Positions 1 through 8,129 of a DNA stretch of 64,000 nucleotides are shown one piece after another; within the stretch, counting starts at the first letter, position 1; each line of letters begins with the position of its first letter. A model generated the notes under the pieces. The model had not been told where the DNA came from. It saw nothing but the letters and a program-made list of their open reading frames with translations, and made no database searches. This stretch comes from a bacterium. GTDB lineage: Bacteria > Zhuqueibacterota > Zhuqueibacteria > Zhuqueibacterales > Zhuqueibacteraceae. The position numbers and the translations under genes were made by a program. The DNA is taken from positions 1 through 64,000 of the forward strand of contig JBIOXB010000211.1 in assembly GCA_044869275.1 (NCBI GenBank), written 5' to 3'.

Positions 1-1
1 C

Positions 2-496
2 AAAATGAATCTCGGCAGCAAGATGATTTTGGATGCGACGGTGAAAAGCAGAGAGGGGGAGTGGGAGACGGGGAGAGAGGGAGACGGGGGGAGGGTGGAA
101 CGAGTTGTGGGGAGGTTGCCGCGGGAATATCCGGCGATTCGTGAGGCGCGGATTTATCAGGACGCCTTGCTGGCCATTAAAGTGAAGGGCGAAGGCCGGA
201 CGGTTGTGGAGGAACTCGTGCGCATGCCGGAGTTGGCGGATTTGAAAATTATTTCCGCAGTGAGCGAAGATGTTGATTTGCAGCGCCAGGAGAGTTACAT
301 TTGGGGTATCTTCACGCGCTTCGATTGCGAGCGTGACGTGATTTTCACCACGCAGAAATTGCTGGGCATCAGCCCGGTTTATCGCGGCGTGATGGGCATC
401 GACGCGACCTGGAAGCCCGGGTATCCCGAGCCGCTGGTGATGAGTGATGAAGTTCGCGAAAAAGTCAAACGCCGCTGGGAGGAATATTGGCGATGA
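2..496 (+). CDS. UbiD-family decarboxylase, C-terminal part (5'-truncated by window)
   Basis: GSKMILDAT, WGIFTRFD..RD and GIDATWK motifs typical of the UbiD C-terminus; lies upstream of mqn genes. Confidence 0.75.
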   Translation, partial: KMNLGSKMILDATVKSREGEWETGREGDGGRVERVVGRLPREYPAIREARIYQDALLAIKVKGEGRTVVEELVRMPELADLKIISAVSEDVDLQRQESYIWGIFTRFDCERDVIFTTQKLLGISPVYRGVMGIDATWKPGYPEPLVMSDEVREKVKRRWEEYWR

Positions 497-555
497 GTTT
501 GTAGCCGTGTTTTTGATTTTTTGTTCGCACATATCGCAGAAAAGGATTCCACCTC

Positions 556-2442
556 ATGTCTCATTTCCCTTCGATTCGCTTTCGTGATCAACGCTTGTTT
601 CCGATTTGGGAAAAAGTGCAAGCCGGCGAGCGTTTGTCCCAGCAAGACGGTGTGACCATGTTTGCCAGCGACGATCTCATGTCGCTCGGCAAAATGGCGC
701 ACGCAGTGCAGCGCGCCAAAAGCGGCGATGCCGTGTACTTCGTCGTCAACCGGCAGGTCAATCCCACCAACATTTGCGTGCTGTCGTGCAAATTCTGCGA
801 CTTCGCGGTGAAGGCCAATGATCCGGTGGCATACGAAATGACCATGCAAAATATCCTCCAGAAGCTGAGTGACGACCTGCACGAGGTGCATGTCGTCGGT
901 GGTTTGCATCCGGAATGGCCCTGGGAATTCTATCTCGATATGATGCGGCAGATCAAAGCGCATTTTCCGCAGATTGACATCAAGGCGTGGACCGCGGTGG
1001 AAATCGATTTCTTTTCCAAAAAATTCAAACTGCCGGTCGCCGAGATTTTGACGCAATTGAAGGCCGCGGGCTTGACCACCATGCCGGGCGGCGGCGCGGA
1101 GGTTTTTTCGGAGCGCGTGCGCCGGCTGCTGTTTAATCAAAAGATCGGCGGCAAGCGCTGGCTGGAAATTCACGACACCGCGCATCGCCTCGGGATTCCC
1201 ACCAACGCCACCATGCTCTATGGCCATGTAGAGACCTATGAAGAGCGGGTGACGCACATGATCAAATTGCGCGAGCAGCAAGAGCTCACGCGCGGGTTCA
1301 TGAGCTTCATCCCGCTTGCCTTTCAACCCGGAGATACCGGCATTAAGATACGCTACACCTCGGCGATAGATGATTTGAAGACCATTGCCATTTCGCGCCT
1401 ACTGCTCGATAATTTCCCGCACCTGAAAGCGTATTGGATCATGCTCACCGAGCAGGTTGCGCCCGTGGCATTGTGCTTCGGTGCCGATGACATGGACGGC
1501 ACCGTTGGCGAAGAACGCATTGCACACGCTGCCAAAGCGACCAGCCCGATCGCACTCGCCAAAGAACACGTGATCAAACTGATCCAAAGCAGCGGCAAAG
1601 TGCCGGTCGAGCGCGACATTCTTTACAATCCCATTGCGGTACACGACCAAGATACGGTCGGACAGATTCCGTATCTCAATTGTGTGCCGTTTTACGATCG
1701 TTTCGAGAACCGGCCGTTCCGCATCTTGCCGCTCACGCCGCGCCAGATGGGCCGCATCGCCGAAGTCCAACAAATCGACGGCGGTCCCTTTTCTCTGCTG
1801 GATTACTGGCGGGTGGAAAAAGCCTACGAAGCGCTCGACTACGGCATTGCCGTGAAAAATTTTGCGCGCAGCGTGGTGCTCTACTCCAACCATAATTGGA
1901 TGGAGCTGAACGGCAAGCGTATCGGCATTACTTCCGATACTTCAACTTCCGTTGAATTGCTGAAAGTTTTACTCGCGCGTAAATATGGCGTGACCGCCAA
2001 ACTGGAGCGCATGCATCCGGTGTTTCAAGCGCAGGAAGCGGAGCAATTCGAGGCGGTGCTGGTGATCGGAGACGAAGCCTTGTTGCGTGCGAAATCCGGG
2101 CTGGCAAATTTTCATTTCGTGTTTGATCTCGGCCATGAATGGCATGAGTGGACCGGCCTGCCGTTCGTATTTGCAATCTGGGCTTTGCGCCGCGGCGTGA
2201 GCGACGAGAAAAAACGAGCACTGATGCAACAACTCGAAGAGGCGGCGCTCGATGCCGACCAGCGCCATCCCAACTTCGGCGCGTGGCACGGCAAACGTTT
2301 GGGCCTGACGCCGGCGGAAGTGCAAATGTATCTGGATGGGTTTGTGTACCGGCTGCGCGAACAAGAGCGGGCGGCGATGGAGAAGTTTCGGTCGCTGCAG
2401 ACTGAGCTGGAGATTGCGAACTCAGTCGCAATAGTTGAATAA
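556..2442 (+). CDS. mqnE: Fused aminofutalosine synthase (MqnE, radical SAM) and chorismate dehydratase (MqnA)
   Basis: NPTNICVLSCKFCDF (CxxxCxxC), PGGGAE, NATMLYGH; C-terminal ~260 aa with GQIPYLN, VIGDEAL and DLGHEWHEWTGLPFVFAIW (MqnA/MqnD family). Confidence 0.88.
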   Translation: MSHFPSIRFRDQRLFPIWEKVQAGERLSQQDGVTMFASDDLMSLGKMAHAVQRAKSGDAVYFVVNRQVNPTNICVLSCKFCDFAVKANDPVAYEMTMQNILQKLSDDLHEVHVVGGLHPEWPWEFYLDMMRQIKAHFPQIDIKAWTAVEIDFFSKKFKLPVAEILTQLKAAGLTTMPGGGAEVFSERVRRLLFNQKIGGKRWLEIHDTAHRLGIPTNATMLYGHVETYEERVTHMIKLREQQELTRGFMSFIPLAFQPGDTGIKIRYTSAIDDLKTIAISRLLLDNFPHLKAYWIMLTEQVAPVALCFGADDMDGTVGEERIAHAAKATSPIALAKEHVIKLIQSSGKVPVERDILYNPIAVHDQDTVGQIPYLNCVPFYDRFENRPFRILPLTPRQMGRIAEVQQIDGGPFSLLDYWRVEKAYEALDYGIAVKNFARSVVLYSNHNWMELNGKRIGITSDTSTSVELLKVLLARKYGVTAKLERMHPVFQAQEAEQFEAVLVIGDEALLRAKSGLANFHFVFDLGHEWHEWTGLPFVFAIWALRRGVSDEKKRALMQQLEEAALDADQRHPNFGAWHGKRLGLTPAEVQMYLDGFVYRLREQERAAMEKFRSLQTELEIANSVAIVE

Positions 2443-2611
2443 ACAGCCGGCACTATCTCAAGCAGAAGAGAAGTGGCAGACGTCCTGGTTCAAAGGGTGT
2501 TACTGCATCGTCCTGGGTATCGACAATCTCGACTTGGCTTTCAATTAAAACGAGAGCAAATTCAAAAATCATTGCCAATTTGAGAAGGCAAAACAACTTT
2601 TCGGTGTTCCT

Positions 2612-3553
2612 TTGTCCAAGTACCCCGAAATCGATCTCCGCAAAGTCAAAACCTACCCCGTGCGGCAGCGCCACAGCAAGGTGCATCGCGAAGAGCTGGC
2701 GCAGCCGTTTCGGCGAGGGGATTTTTTTGAGACCTTCTGGCATTCGTTGCCGAATATTCTGGCAGCCAAGGATTTGCGGGAATTGGTGCAGCGGATTCTC
2801 GCAGCGCGTGAGCAAGACAAACCGGTGATCGTGATGATGGGCGCGCACGTGATCAAAGTCGGTTTGTCGCCCCTGCTGATCGATTTGATGCGCAAGAATT
2901 TTATCACCTGCCTGGCCATGAACGGCGCGGGCGTGGTGCACGACACGGAATTGGCTTTGTTCGGACAAACTTCGGAAGAAGTTGCCGACGGCCTGGCCGA
3001 TGGCAGCTTCGGCATGGCGCGCGAGACGGGTGAGTGCATTAATCAAGCCGTGGCCGGAGGAAAATCGCTCGGCCAGGGATTTGGCGAAGCCGTGGGCGCG
3101 GCGCTGGCGAAAACTCAAAGCGGGAACAATCTCAGCTTGCTGGCGACCGCCTTTGAGTTAAATATTCCGGCGACCGTCCACGTGGCCATTGGCACCGATA
3201 TCATTCACCAGCATCCCAGCGCAGATGGCGCAGCGTATGGCGAGCTCTCCTTTCGCGATTTCAAGATCTTTACGGCGCAAGTCGGGCATATCAACGACGG
3301 CGGCGTGGTACTGAACATTGGCTCGAACGTGCTCATGCCGGAGGTTTTTCTCAAAGCGCTCACGGTTTGTCGCAACCTCAATCCTCCCGTCAACAATTTC
3401 TATACGGCCAACTTCGATATGTTCGCGCATTATCGCCCACGCGTGAATGTCGTGCAACGGCCCACGCTGCAGGGCGGCAAGGGTTACAACTTCATCGGGC
3501 ATCATGAGATCATGATTCCGCTTTTGGCCGCGGCCTTGAAAGAGCTCAGTTGA
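2612..3553 (+). CDS. Conserved hypothetical protein, deoxyhypusine-synthase-like fold
   Basis: MGAHVIKVGL, HVAIGTDIIH and GHHEIMIPL conserved blocks; TTG start. Confidence 0.6.
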   Translation: MSKYPEIDLRKVKTYPVRQRHSKVHREELAQPFRRGDFFETFWHSLPNILAAKDLRELVQRILAAREQDKPVIVMMGAHVIKVGLSPLLIDLMRKNFITCLAMNGAGVVHDTELALFGQTSEEVADGLADGSFGMARETGECINQAVAGGKSLGQGFGEAVGAALAKTQSGNNLSLLATAFELNIPATVHVAIGTDIIHQHPSADGAAYGELSFRDFKIFTAQVGHINDGGVVLNIGSNVLMPEVFLKALTVCRNLNPPVNNFYTANFDMFAHYRPRVNVVQRPTLQGGKGYNFIGHHEIMIPLLAAALKELS

Positions 3554-3577
3554 GCTTTAGCGCACGAAGGAGATGGC

Positions 3578-4255
3578 ATGCGAAAAGCAACCTCGCTCCA
3601 GCCTGCGAGCACAGCCCGTCTCATCCTCCTCCCGGCTTTAATTAGTTTGGCCGCCACCTGCTTCCGGCTCGTGGGTGAGCTGCAGCATTGGCCGGAGAAG
3701 TGGTTCAGCACTGGCACCAGCGGTATTACGCCGAGCGGCACGAATTGGCTGGTCGGCATCACGTGGCTGGCGCTTCCTTTTGGTATTTACTTTGCGTTGA
3801 AGTTGGCGGCAGCAGGAGAAACGCCGGCTCGCCCTGCTCAAGCGATTGGCCTCGCCGTTCTCGGCGTTACGGTCATGCTGATTGGGCTGCGTCTGATCGT
3901 TCCTCTTTTGCCTATTCCCTTTCCTGCCATTCTGCTTTTCATCTGGCTGGCGATGGCGGTCGCGGCCGCAATTCAAATGTTCGGCTGGCCGGCTCTGTTT
4001 AAAACGCTGCTGGCCTATGGCGTCTCCGCACGCCTTCCGGTCGTGCTGGTGATGTTTCTCGCGATGCTGGGCAATTGGGGTACGCATTACGACTACGTGG
4101 GCATGCCTGAGCCTTTTCAGATGAGCCTGTGGCGAAAGTTTTTTTGGCTCGCTTTTTTTCCGCAATTGATTTTTTGGATCGGCTTTACCATTGTGACGGG
4201 ATCGCTAACCGGAACGGTCGCAGTTGTGATTCGTCAGTCTCTCAAAAAATCGTGA
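3578..4255 (+). CDS. Integral membrane protein of unknown function
   Basis: About six hydrophobic segments; GAAGGAG RBS upstream. Confidence 0.7.
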   Translation: MRKATSLQPASTARLILLPALISLAATCFRLVGELQHWPEKWFSTGTSGITPSGTNWLVGITWLALPFGIYFALKLAAAGETPARPAQAIGLAVLGVTVMLIGLRLIVPLLPIPFPAILLFIWLAMAVAAAIQMFGWPALFKTLLAYGVSARLPVVLVMFLAMLGNWGTHYDYVGMPEPFQMSLWRKFFWLAFFPQLIFWIGFTIVTGSLTGTVAVVIRQSLKKS

Positions 4256-4636
4256 TCATTGCTTTTGTGCAATTGAAATACCTTTGGGAATACTTTTATT
4301 CCATTTTGGCTTGACAATATCCACGTCACTGCAAAGCTCGGAAAGAAAGGCGCGAAGTGCGCAAGGAACCACAAGAACTATAGGCGAAACTATGCTGCCT
4401 TGGCGTGCTTTCGGCGTCCATTGCGGTTAAAGCAGTTCAACTGAACACTGCAACATTAGATTCACGTTCTTGCACAAAAAAACCTGTACTGTCATTCTGC
4501 AAGAATCTTCTCATGATACAATATCACAGTCCATGCCGGCCCTGCGCCTAGCGCTGGGGAAGATCCCGAAGCTTCAGGATCACATCTCTGGCGGTGGCAC
4601 TGACTTGACGTTGTGGTATTAACTTGACGCGACAAA

Positions 4637-5410
4637 ATGAAGAGCGATCAAATTTATTTTTTTCTACGGCGCTTCAGCGTGAGCAGAATCCCAGCCTTTT
4701 GCGCCGTGCTCATCGCTGGTACGGCAAATCTCAACGCGCAAGATTTGGCCTGGCAAGATCGCGGCGATCGCCATGAGGGCGTGATTGCGCGGGAGAATAT
4801 TTCAGGCGGTTATTTCAAGCTGCTCGGCGTCCGGGTGGAGGAGGGGGAGCAGCTCCAAAAAACAGCCGTCAACCTGCAAATCTCCTTCTGGCTGCCCTCG
4901 CCGCAGGTCCTCAACATTCGCGTGTATGAACCGCACAGTAATTATTGGATGGTCCCGCATGCCAAAAAATTTTCAGCGCAGATGCAGTCCTTTGCCTGGC
5001 CGCTGGCGCCCGTGATTCGCGCTCTCAATTTGGAGCTGCAGCAATTGCAGGTCTTGGTTGCAGATGAAAATGAAACGCTGTATTTTCCGGCGCGGCTCTT
5101 CACCTCCGCGCCACCGGCTTCGGCCGATTGGCGTTATCTCTTCAGCTTCGACAGCAAAGGCAGCGTCGAACTCGCAGGAACCATCACGCGCGAGTCCGGC
5201 AAGCAACTCGTGCCCGTGAAGAAATTCACCCTCACAGAAGAGTATCCGGGAAGAGTGCGCATCGTTTGGGATGGAAAAGACAGCGCCGGCCAGGAGACGC
5301 CTAGCGGTGTTTGCCGCTTGCAACTGCAAGGCTCGATTTATTTGAGCGACAGTGAAGAAACTCTGACCGTGGACGTGCGCTTCATGCATCGAGGCAAAGT
5401 TGAGCGATAA
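4637..5410 (+). CDS. Secreted hypothetical protein with FlgD Ig-like C-terminus
   Basis: Signal-peptide-like ...NLNAQ; C-terminal IVWDGKDSAGQETPSGV. Confidence 0.65.
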   Translation: MKSDQIYFFLRRFSVSRIPAFCAVLIAGTANLNAQDLAWQDRGDRHEGVIARENISGGYFKLLGVRVEEGEQLQKTAVNLQISFWLPSPQVLNIRVYEPHSNYWMVPHAKKFSAQMQSFAWPLAPVIRALNLELQQLQVLVADENETLYFPARLFTSAPPASADWRYLFSFDSKGSVELAGTITRESGKQLVPVKKFTLTEEYPGRVRIVWDGKDSAGQETPSGVCRLQLQGSIYLSDSEETLTVDVRFMHRGKVER

Positions 5411-6563
5411 TCCGAATCCGGTGCGCCGTGTGCTGCTCGTGCTGGGCGGGACACTGGTGCTGGCCACGTTGGTCGTGTTGGTGCTGGCGTTTCTACCGAA
5501 ATCGACCATCGTGGAATTCACCTTGCAGGTCAAACAAGTATCGTTCACCGTGCCCGCACCGCGACCGCCGGATACGGCGATTTTATTTTTTGATCCAGGC
5601 TTGAAAGTCACCGCCCTGCAATGGAAGGGTGCGGATAATTTTCTCGCCGCCACCGGCAGCTCGGCTGCGCCCGCGGACACGATGCGTTTGCCGCGCGAGA
5701 GTCCGGTGAGCTTGAGCAGCGCCGGAACTTTTCATCCCTTGCTGCGATTGCGCGGCGAAACGCGTTTGTCCCTCCAGCCTTTTCGCCAGGACAGAATTCT
5801 GCTCGCGCTGACGCCTGCACACGCTGCCCCTCATGTCTGGCAAAACAGCGTGGAATCCGGCCAGGCCTTGCGCATGCGTTGGGAGGGTTCGTCTGCCTCC
5901 TCGGCAGAAGGCTCCACTCAGGAGGCGGATTGGGCGCCTTCTCATCCGCCGGTTTTCTTCAGTGGTGGCAGCCAACCGGCCGAGCTTGGGTTGCGCTTGC
6001 CAGCCCAAGCTGCCGCAGCGACGACCGTGATGCAAGTCATCGCAATCGAGTCCGGCCAGGCTTCTGAACCCAAGCACGTGCCCATCGTTTTGCCGGAGGC
6101 GCAATTGTTGTTACCAGCGGGAGATCGCCTCATTTTCTTAAAGAAAGAAAAAGACGCTGACGGTGTTTTGCTCTGCGACAACCTTGCCGTGCGCGCCCCG
6201 GAATTTTATCGCCTCTCCGGCTTTCAAGAAGAGAGTTTTCTGCTGGGAGGCCAGGTCCGCTTTCCCGCAAAGGAAAAAGAACCAATGGAGTTGGAGCGCG
6301 ATTTTTTTCTACGCATCGAAAGCGCGGAGCCGCTGCGCCTCAAAGCGCTTCGCCTGAGAAACAGCACGCTCGAGCTCGTGTTGTGGGGCAAGCCGCGCCG
6401 AGTCGAACTGGGCCCGACTCTCGGTTTGAGCAACGAACTTTTGCCCAGCTACTTCACGTGGCTCTATACCCATCGTTTGGGCACCTTGATTTTTTCGACC
6501 CTGACCGGTGTGGTGACGGCTTGCTTGGGCTTGTTGAAATTGATCGGCATGCTGAAATCATGA
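5400..6563 (+). CDS. Membrane-anchored hypothetical protein (N- and C-terminal TM helices)
   Basis: Hydrophobic helices at both ends flanking a beta-rich region; overlaps the upstream ORF. Confidence 0.65.
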   Translation: MSDNPNPVRRVLLVLGGTLVLATLVVLVLAFLPKSTIVEFTLQVKQVSFTVPAPRPPDTAILFFDPGLKVTALQWKGADNFLAATGSSAAPADTMRLPRESPVSLSSAGTFHPLLRLRGETRLSLQPFRQDRILLALTPAHAAPHVWQNSVESGQALRMRWEGSSASSAEGSTQEADWAPSHPPVFFSGGSQPAELGLRLPAQAAAATTVMQVIAIESGQASEPKHVPIVLPEAQLLLPAGDRLIFLKKEKDADGVLLCDNLAVRAPEFYRLSGFQEESFLLGGQVRFPAKEKEPMELERDFFLRIESAEPLRLKALRLRNSTLELVLWGKPRRVELGPTLGLSNELLPSYFTWLYTHRLGTLIFSTLTGVVTACLGLLKLIGMLKS

Positions 6564-6710
6564 TGCGGAGGCGCATGCCTTCGCCCGGTCGATTCTTATT
6601 GCATGTCATTCTGGAAGAATCTTTTTAAGATTTATCACACCACGCATAACAGAAAAAGATTTTTCCGGGAGGACAAACCAATTTAAACGAAGGACTGGGG
6701 TTTTCGCCCA

Positions 6711-8078
6711 ATGAAGGATGCAATGAAAACATTTGGATTGGCGGCGTTGTTCGTGTTGGGCTCGGGAACGGCAACCTGGCCCGCGATAGACAGTGAGCAG
6801 CTCAATAAGAGCACGGTCAAAATCACGGTGAAACACGGTGGCGGCGCCGAGGCCGGTGCAGGCGTGGTTTTGTGCCATCAGAACGGCGTGCTTTATGTTC
6901 TGACGGCAAAGCATGTGTTGTATGGCGGCACGGGCACTCCTTTTACCGGGGTTTCGGCCGTGGAAGTGGAATTCTATCAGAATCGCTGGCCGGCGGTCAA
7001 GGCCGAGCGCAGTGCGTTCGAAATCAAGCGCGCCACCAACAAAGATCTGGCCATGCTGCAAATAAAAATGGCGGGCGATCACTTGGCGCGCGCGTGGACC
7101 GGCAAATCGGCCGGCCTCAAACAGCTCGATGAAGTTTATACCACCGGCCATCCCGTGAGCATGTCCAAAAATTGGCTTGCCATGAAGGGCGAAGTGAACG
7201 AGGTCGGCGAATTCATTCTCTATTCCGCGAATGTGGAGGAAGGATATTCCGGCGGGCCAGTGGTGAATCAGAAGGGCGAGCTCATTGGCCTCAACGTCCA
7301 GATTGCCAAAACCGGCGAGAGCGGCAAAATCGCGCATGCACTGCCCATCGATGAAGTGTTGAGCACGATCAGCCCCTGGCTCGATCTCAATTGTTTGCAG
7401 AAAAAAGAGGCGCAGTCCGCCAGTCAAACGCAGGGACTTGCTGATACACCCGATTCGGACCTATACACGATTTTCAACACGTACTACGGTCTGCGCCAGG
7501 CCGGCTCGAAAGACCTCTCGGCTTACAGGCGTTGGGCAGAGCAAGCCGAATCCGCCGTGCGCGCGCAGTATCCGGAATCCCGCACCGCGCGCGAGCTGGA
7601 ACGGCTGAGTACTTCTCTACAATCCGTTCGCGATGAAACAGAATTGGAACTGACACTCCGGGAAATGGAGTACACTTTTGAGGATCTGGGCCAGGAATTG
7701 GAAGTGATTTTGCAGGGCGGTGAACTTGGCACCGGGAAAACTTCGAAAGATCCCTGGGCGGGGGAATATGTTTTGACCGGCACCCGTGATCTCTATGGCA
7801 ACATTTATTCGCCGCCTTACGTGCAAGGCACGCTCAAAATTCAGAATACCGGCTCCCAGCAGTACGTCCTGACTTGGCAAGTCACACTTTTGCAGGCCTA
7901 TCTCTCGCAAAACATCACTGGAATACTCAACGGCTATGTTTTTTCTGGCACGGTTTCGAATTCGACCCTAGTTGTCAATAACGGCTTGTTTTGGCAGGCG
8001 ACGTTCGGCAGCATGCAAGACGGCTTGACCACACTGTTGAGCGATGGCGCCACATGGTTTTGGCGCAAGCAGCGATGA
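6711..8078 (+). CDS. Secreted trypsin-like serine protease with unknown C-terminal domains
   Basis: Signal peptide; catalytic triad motifs LTAKHV, KDLAML, GYSGGP. Confidence 0.8.
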   Translation: MKDAMKTFGLAALFVLGSGTATWPAIDSEQLNKSTVKITVKHGGGAEAGAGVVLCHQNGVLYVLTAKHVLYGGTGTPFTGVSAVEVEFYQNRWPAVKAERSAFEIKRATNKDLAMLQIKMAGDHLARAWTGKSAGLKQLDEVYTTGHPVSMSKNWLAMKGEVNEVGEFILYSANVEEGYSGGPVVNQKGELIGLNVQIAKTGESGKIAHALPIDEVLSTISPWLDLNCLQKKEAQSASQTQGLADTPDSDLYTIFNTYYGLRQAGSKDLSAYRRWAEQAESAVRAQYPESRTARELERLSTSLQSVRDETELELTLREMEYTFEDLGQELEVILQGGELGTGKTSKDPWAGEYVLTGTRDLYGNIYSPPYVQGTLKIQNTGSQQYVLTWQVTLLQAYLSQNITGILNGYVFSGTVSNSTLVVNNGLFWQATFGSMQDGLTTLLSDGATWFWRKQR

Positions 8079-8129
8079 AGTGGAAGTGGGCGTGCGCTTT
8101 TACCGGCACAACCGCAAAGGGGGTGAATA

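Noticed and set aside
7991..8074. Extended sensor N-terminus from the ORF track
   Set aside because: Overlaps the protease gene; a better RBS and signal peptide lie at 8130.
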